From a virus (lineage: Duplodnaviria; Caudoviricetes), in IMG/VR virus record IMGVR_UViG_3300010052_000002, positions 1-59,369 of that record: 59,369 nt of DNA. The stretch is one strand, 5' to 3'. The stretch's first letter is position 1. Every line of letters begins with the position of its first letter. The notes beneath the pieces are model-generated. The model had not been told where the DNA came from and did no database searches. It saw only the letters and a program-made list of their open reading frames with translations. This document shows, in pieces, positions 57,458-59,369 of the stretch. Both the position numbers and the translations under genes were made by a program.

Positions 57458-58256
57458 CGCGCAGAAGCTGGCATTCCTGGGGATGCCCGGGTACGGCCAA
57501 CCAACCGCTGGCGCTTCGCAGGGCTTCTGGCTCTGCAGCGGCGGCGGCCTGCGCGTTCGTCGGTGCTACCAGTCCGGCTCGCTCCTTGCCCAGAACTTCA
57601 ACGCCCTGTGGTGTGCTGCCCTGACACTGAAGGGGAGGGACGGCGAGCCGATCGAATACTTCGCGATGCAGCACGACGACATCGAGCCGGAGATGCACTG
57701 GCTCGACAAGCTCGTCGCGGAGATGGAGGCGAACAATCTCGACGTGCTCGGGGTCGTCTCCCCCATCAAAGACCAGAACGGACTTACCAGCATCGCGCTG
57801 CACGATCCGGATGGCGACAACTGGGCGCCGAAGTGCCGGCTGACGATGCGTGAGGTCTGCGGGCTTCCGGAGACGTTCACGAGCAAGGATGTCGGCTATC
57901 CGTTGCTGTTGAATACCGGCCTTTGGGTCTGCCGTCTCAACATGGATTGGGCGGACCAGGTCCATTTCACCATCAACGACCGGATCGTCCTCGACCGCAA
58001 GACGGGCGCGTACAAGGCGCAAGTCGAATCCGAGGACTGGTTTTTCTCGCGACTGCTCCACGAGCTCGGCCTGCGAGTCGGCTGCACCCGCAAGGTGTCG
58101 TTGGCTCATGTCGGCCGAATGAAGTTCGGGAACAACACGCCTTGGGGTTCTCAAGACTTCGACAGCGACATGATTGCCGAGAGCGTGATCGGCAGGTGTG
58201 ACCTTGAATTGCCGAAGGCGTCCAGCCTCCCGGCTGACACTCTTTTGGAGACCTGA
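57447..58256 (+). CDS. GT-A fold (GT2-like) glycosyltransferase
   Basis: FLGMP, N.N.L, YFAMQHDDI (DxD-like), TGL, SEDW.FS...LG, L.H.G. Confidence 0.75.
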   Translation: MESNAQKLAFLGMPGYGQPTAGASQGFWLCSGGGLRVRRCYQSGSLLAQNFNALWCAALTLKGRDGEPIEYFAMQHDDIEPEMHWLDKLVAEMEANNLDVLGVVSPIKDQNGLTSIALHDPDGDNWAPKCRLTMREVCGLPETFTSKDVGYPLLLNTGLWVCRLNMDWADQVHFTINDRIVLDRKTGAYKAQVESEDWFFSRLLHELGLRVGCTRKVSLAHVGRMKFGNNTPWGSQDFDSDMIAESVIGRCDLELPKASSLPADTLLET

Positions 58257-58258
58257 AG

Positions 58259-58618
58259 ATGCCTGCAGCAACGTTTCGTCACGGCAAGCCGCTGATGATT
58301 GACCACACGCCCGCGTCGGGAAACCTCACCGCCGGCGACATCGTGCTCCTCGCGACCACCACCGGCCTCACGTGTGGCATCGCGCACGTTGACATCGCCA
58401 ACGACACCAAAGGTGCGCTTGCCGTCGGCGGCGGCGTCTACGACTGCAAGATTGCGGCCAACGCCACAAAGGGCGCGAAGCTGTACGTCGACGCGACGAA
58501 CACGAACGCCGCCCTCACGGCGACCAGCACAAACAACGCCCTGTTCGGCTACCTCGCGGAAACGAATGCCTTGGGCGCGAACGCGGTCTGCGAAGTCGTT
58601 CACGAGCCGTACGTCTAA
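58259..58618 (+). CDS. Capsid cement/decoration protein (DUF2190-like)
   Basis: G..ID.TP....AGD.V, GIA..DIA....GAL...GVY, G.KLY.D. Confidence 0.8.
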   Translation: MPAATFRHGKPLMIDHTPASGNLTAGDIVLLATTTGLTCGIAHVDIANDTKGALAVGGGVYDCKIAANATKGAKLYVDATNTNAALTATSTNNALFGYLAETNALGANAVCEVVHEPYV

Positions 58619-58639
58619 CCACGGCGAGGCACCTCTCTC

Positions 58640-58984
58640 GTGGCAATCCTCGATCGCATGGCGGCGCGTGCTGCCCGGTATCTGGCCGAGTTCGGCGAGC
58701 CGGTGACGCATCGCCGCCATGGTGATTGTCCGGCCGACGAAACCGTCCAGGCGGTGGCGATCGAGGAGAAGCCTGAGCGTGACCGACAGGCAGGCGACGA
58801 AAACCTCCGTGTTATGCGGATTCAGGTCGCTGCGGGCCTGGAGGTCACAAAGGGCACGGAATGGGTCATCCGTGGCGAGAAATGGATAACGGAGCGAATC
58901 GGGACGCCGGTGGCCGGGCTCCTGAAACTCTGGGCAACCCGAACCGACAAAGGTCTCCGCACCAAGGCACGAGCAGGAATCTAG
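58640..58984 (+). CDS. Putative head-tail joining (head closure) protein
   Basis: FGEPVT, IRGEKW; synteny. Confidence 0.65.
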   Translation: MAILDRMAARAARYLAEFGEPVTHRRHGDCPADETVQAVAIEEKPERDRQAGDENLRVMRIQVAAGLEVTKGTEWVIRGEKWITERIGTPVAGLLKLWATRTDKGLRTKARAGI

Positions 58985-59369
58985 GTGGCCGTCGATCCCG
59001 TCCCCGCCGACTCCTCCGAAGCGCGAGAGCTTTACAACCTCTCGCAGCTTTGTTTGGACAATGCGTGGTTTCGGGCGATCGTCGCGAACCCTGACGCTCA
59101 GTACGCGACTGTGAAGGCGTGGGTGGAGGCCAATGGGGACGACGTCACCATCGGGCGCGACGAGGCGGCCGCGAAGATCGGCTGGCTTGTCGTCGACGAA
59201 CAACTGCACCCGGAAGACGAGAGCAGCGAGCCGCCGCGAATCATCATTGACCACGAACTCGACGACCAATCGGCGGAGCGTAACGGCGGCGACGACTGGA
59301 CGCAGAGATGCAACCTGGTCGTCGAGTTCGAACTGTGGATTCCTGAGTGCTACCGGAAGTCCGCGAGCC
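58985..59369 (+). CDS. N-terminal part of putative tail terminator/completion protein (runs off the window end)
   Basis: GTG immediately after the upstream TAG; open for 128 codons (MAVDPVPADSS...CYRKSAS). Confidence 0.7.
   Translation, partial: MAVDPVPADSSEARELYNLSQLCLDNAWFRAIVANPDAQYATVKAWVEANGDDVTIGRDEAAAKIGWLVVDEQLHPEDESSEPPRIIIDHELDDQSAERNGGDDWTQRCNLVVEFELWIPECYRKSAS

Larger units (their letters stand above)
1..59369 (+). mobile_element. Temperate siphovirus-like phage genome, near-complete and circularly permuted; probable Planctomycetota host
   Basis: Terminase, portal, capsid, tail, integrase, attP and replication modules are all present. There are no host operons. The gene running off the end resumes plausibly at the start. 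Confidence 0.92.

Noticed and set aside
1-59369. Stop-codon reassignment
   Set aside because: Conserved genes translate full length in the standard code, and stops coincide with the next gene's start.

Overview
The window looks like an essentially complete, circularly permuted, excised (attP-intact) genome of a temperate, lambda-like siphovirus of about 59.4 kb and high GC. The host is probably a planctomycete; this is inferred from a planctomycete-type RimI, a CsrA homolog and a Zn-ribbon/Pro-rich/TM protein. Almost every gene is on the + strand. Order: tail genes (1-15.9 kb; tube, tape measure, LamG, Cys-rich tip proteins); two membrane morons; tyrosine integrase and attP (3' half of tRNA-Pro GGG); early genes (Xis-like, Dam-like MTase fusion, RimI, CsrA, HD hydrolase, Sak4/SSB, RecD2, ERCC4 nuclease, primase-helicase); an iteron origin; an accessory/DNA-modification region; a putative lysis region with a papain-like peptidase and lipoproteins but no recognisable classical endolysin; HNH, terminases, portal, protease-capsid fusion, a glycosyltransferase and head-tail genes. 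The most unusual signals are a structured non-coding RNA region ending in a tRNA-like element with an oversized D-arm, a family of long intergenic hairpin leaders, the peptidase/lipoprotein lysis module, a new Cys-rich tail repeat, a glycosyltransferase inside the head operon, and the lack of a recognisable CI repressor. All calls come from reading the sequence and motifs; no database searches were run.
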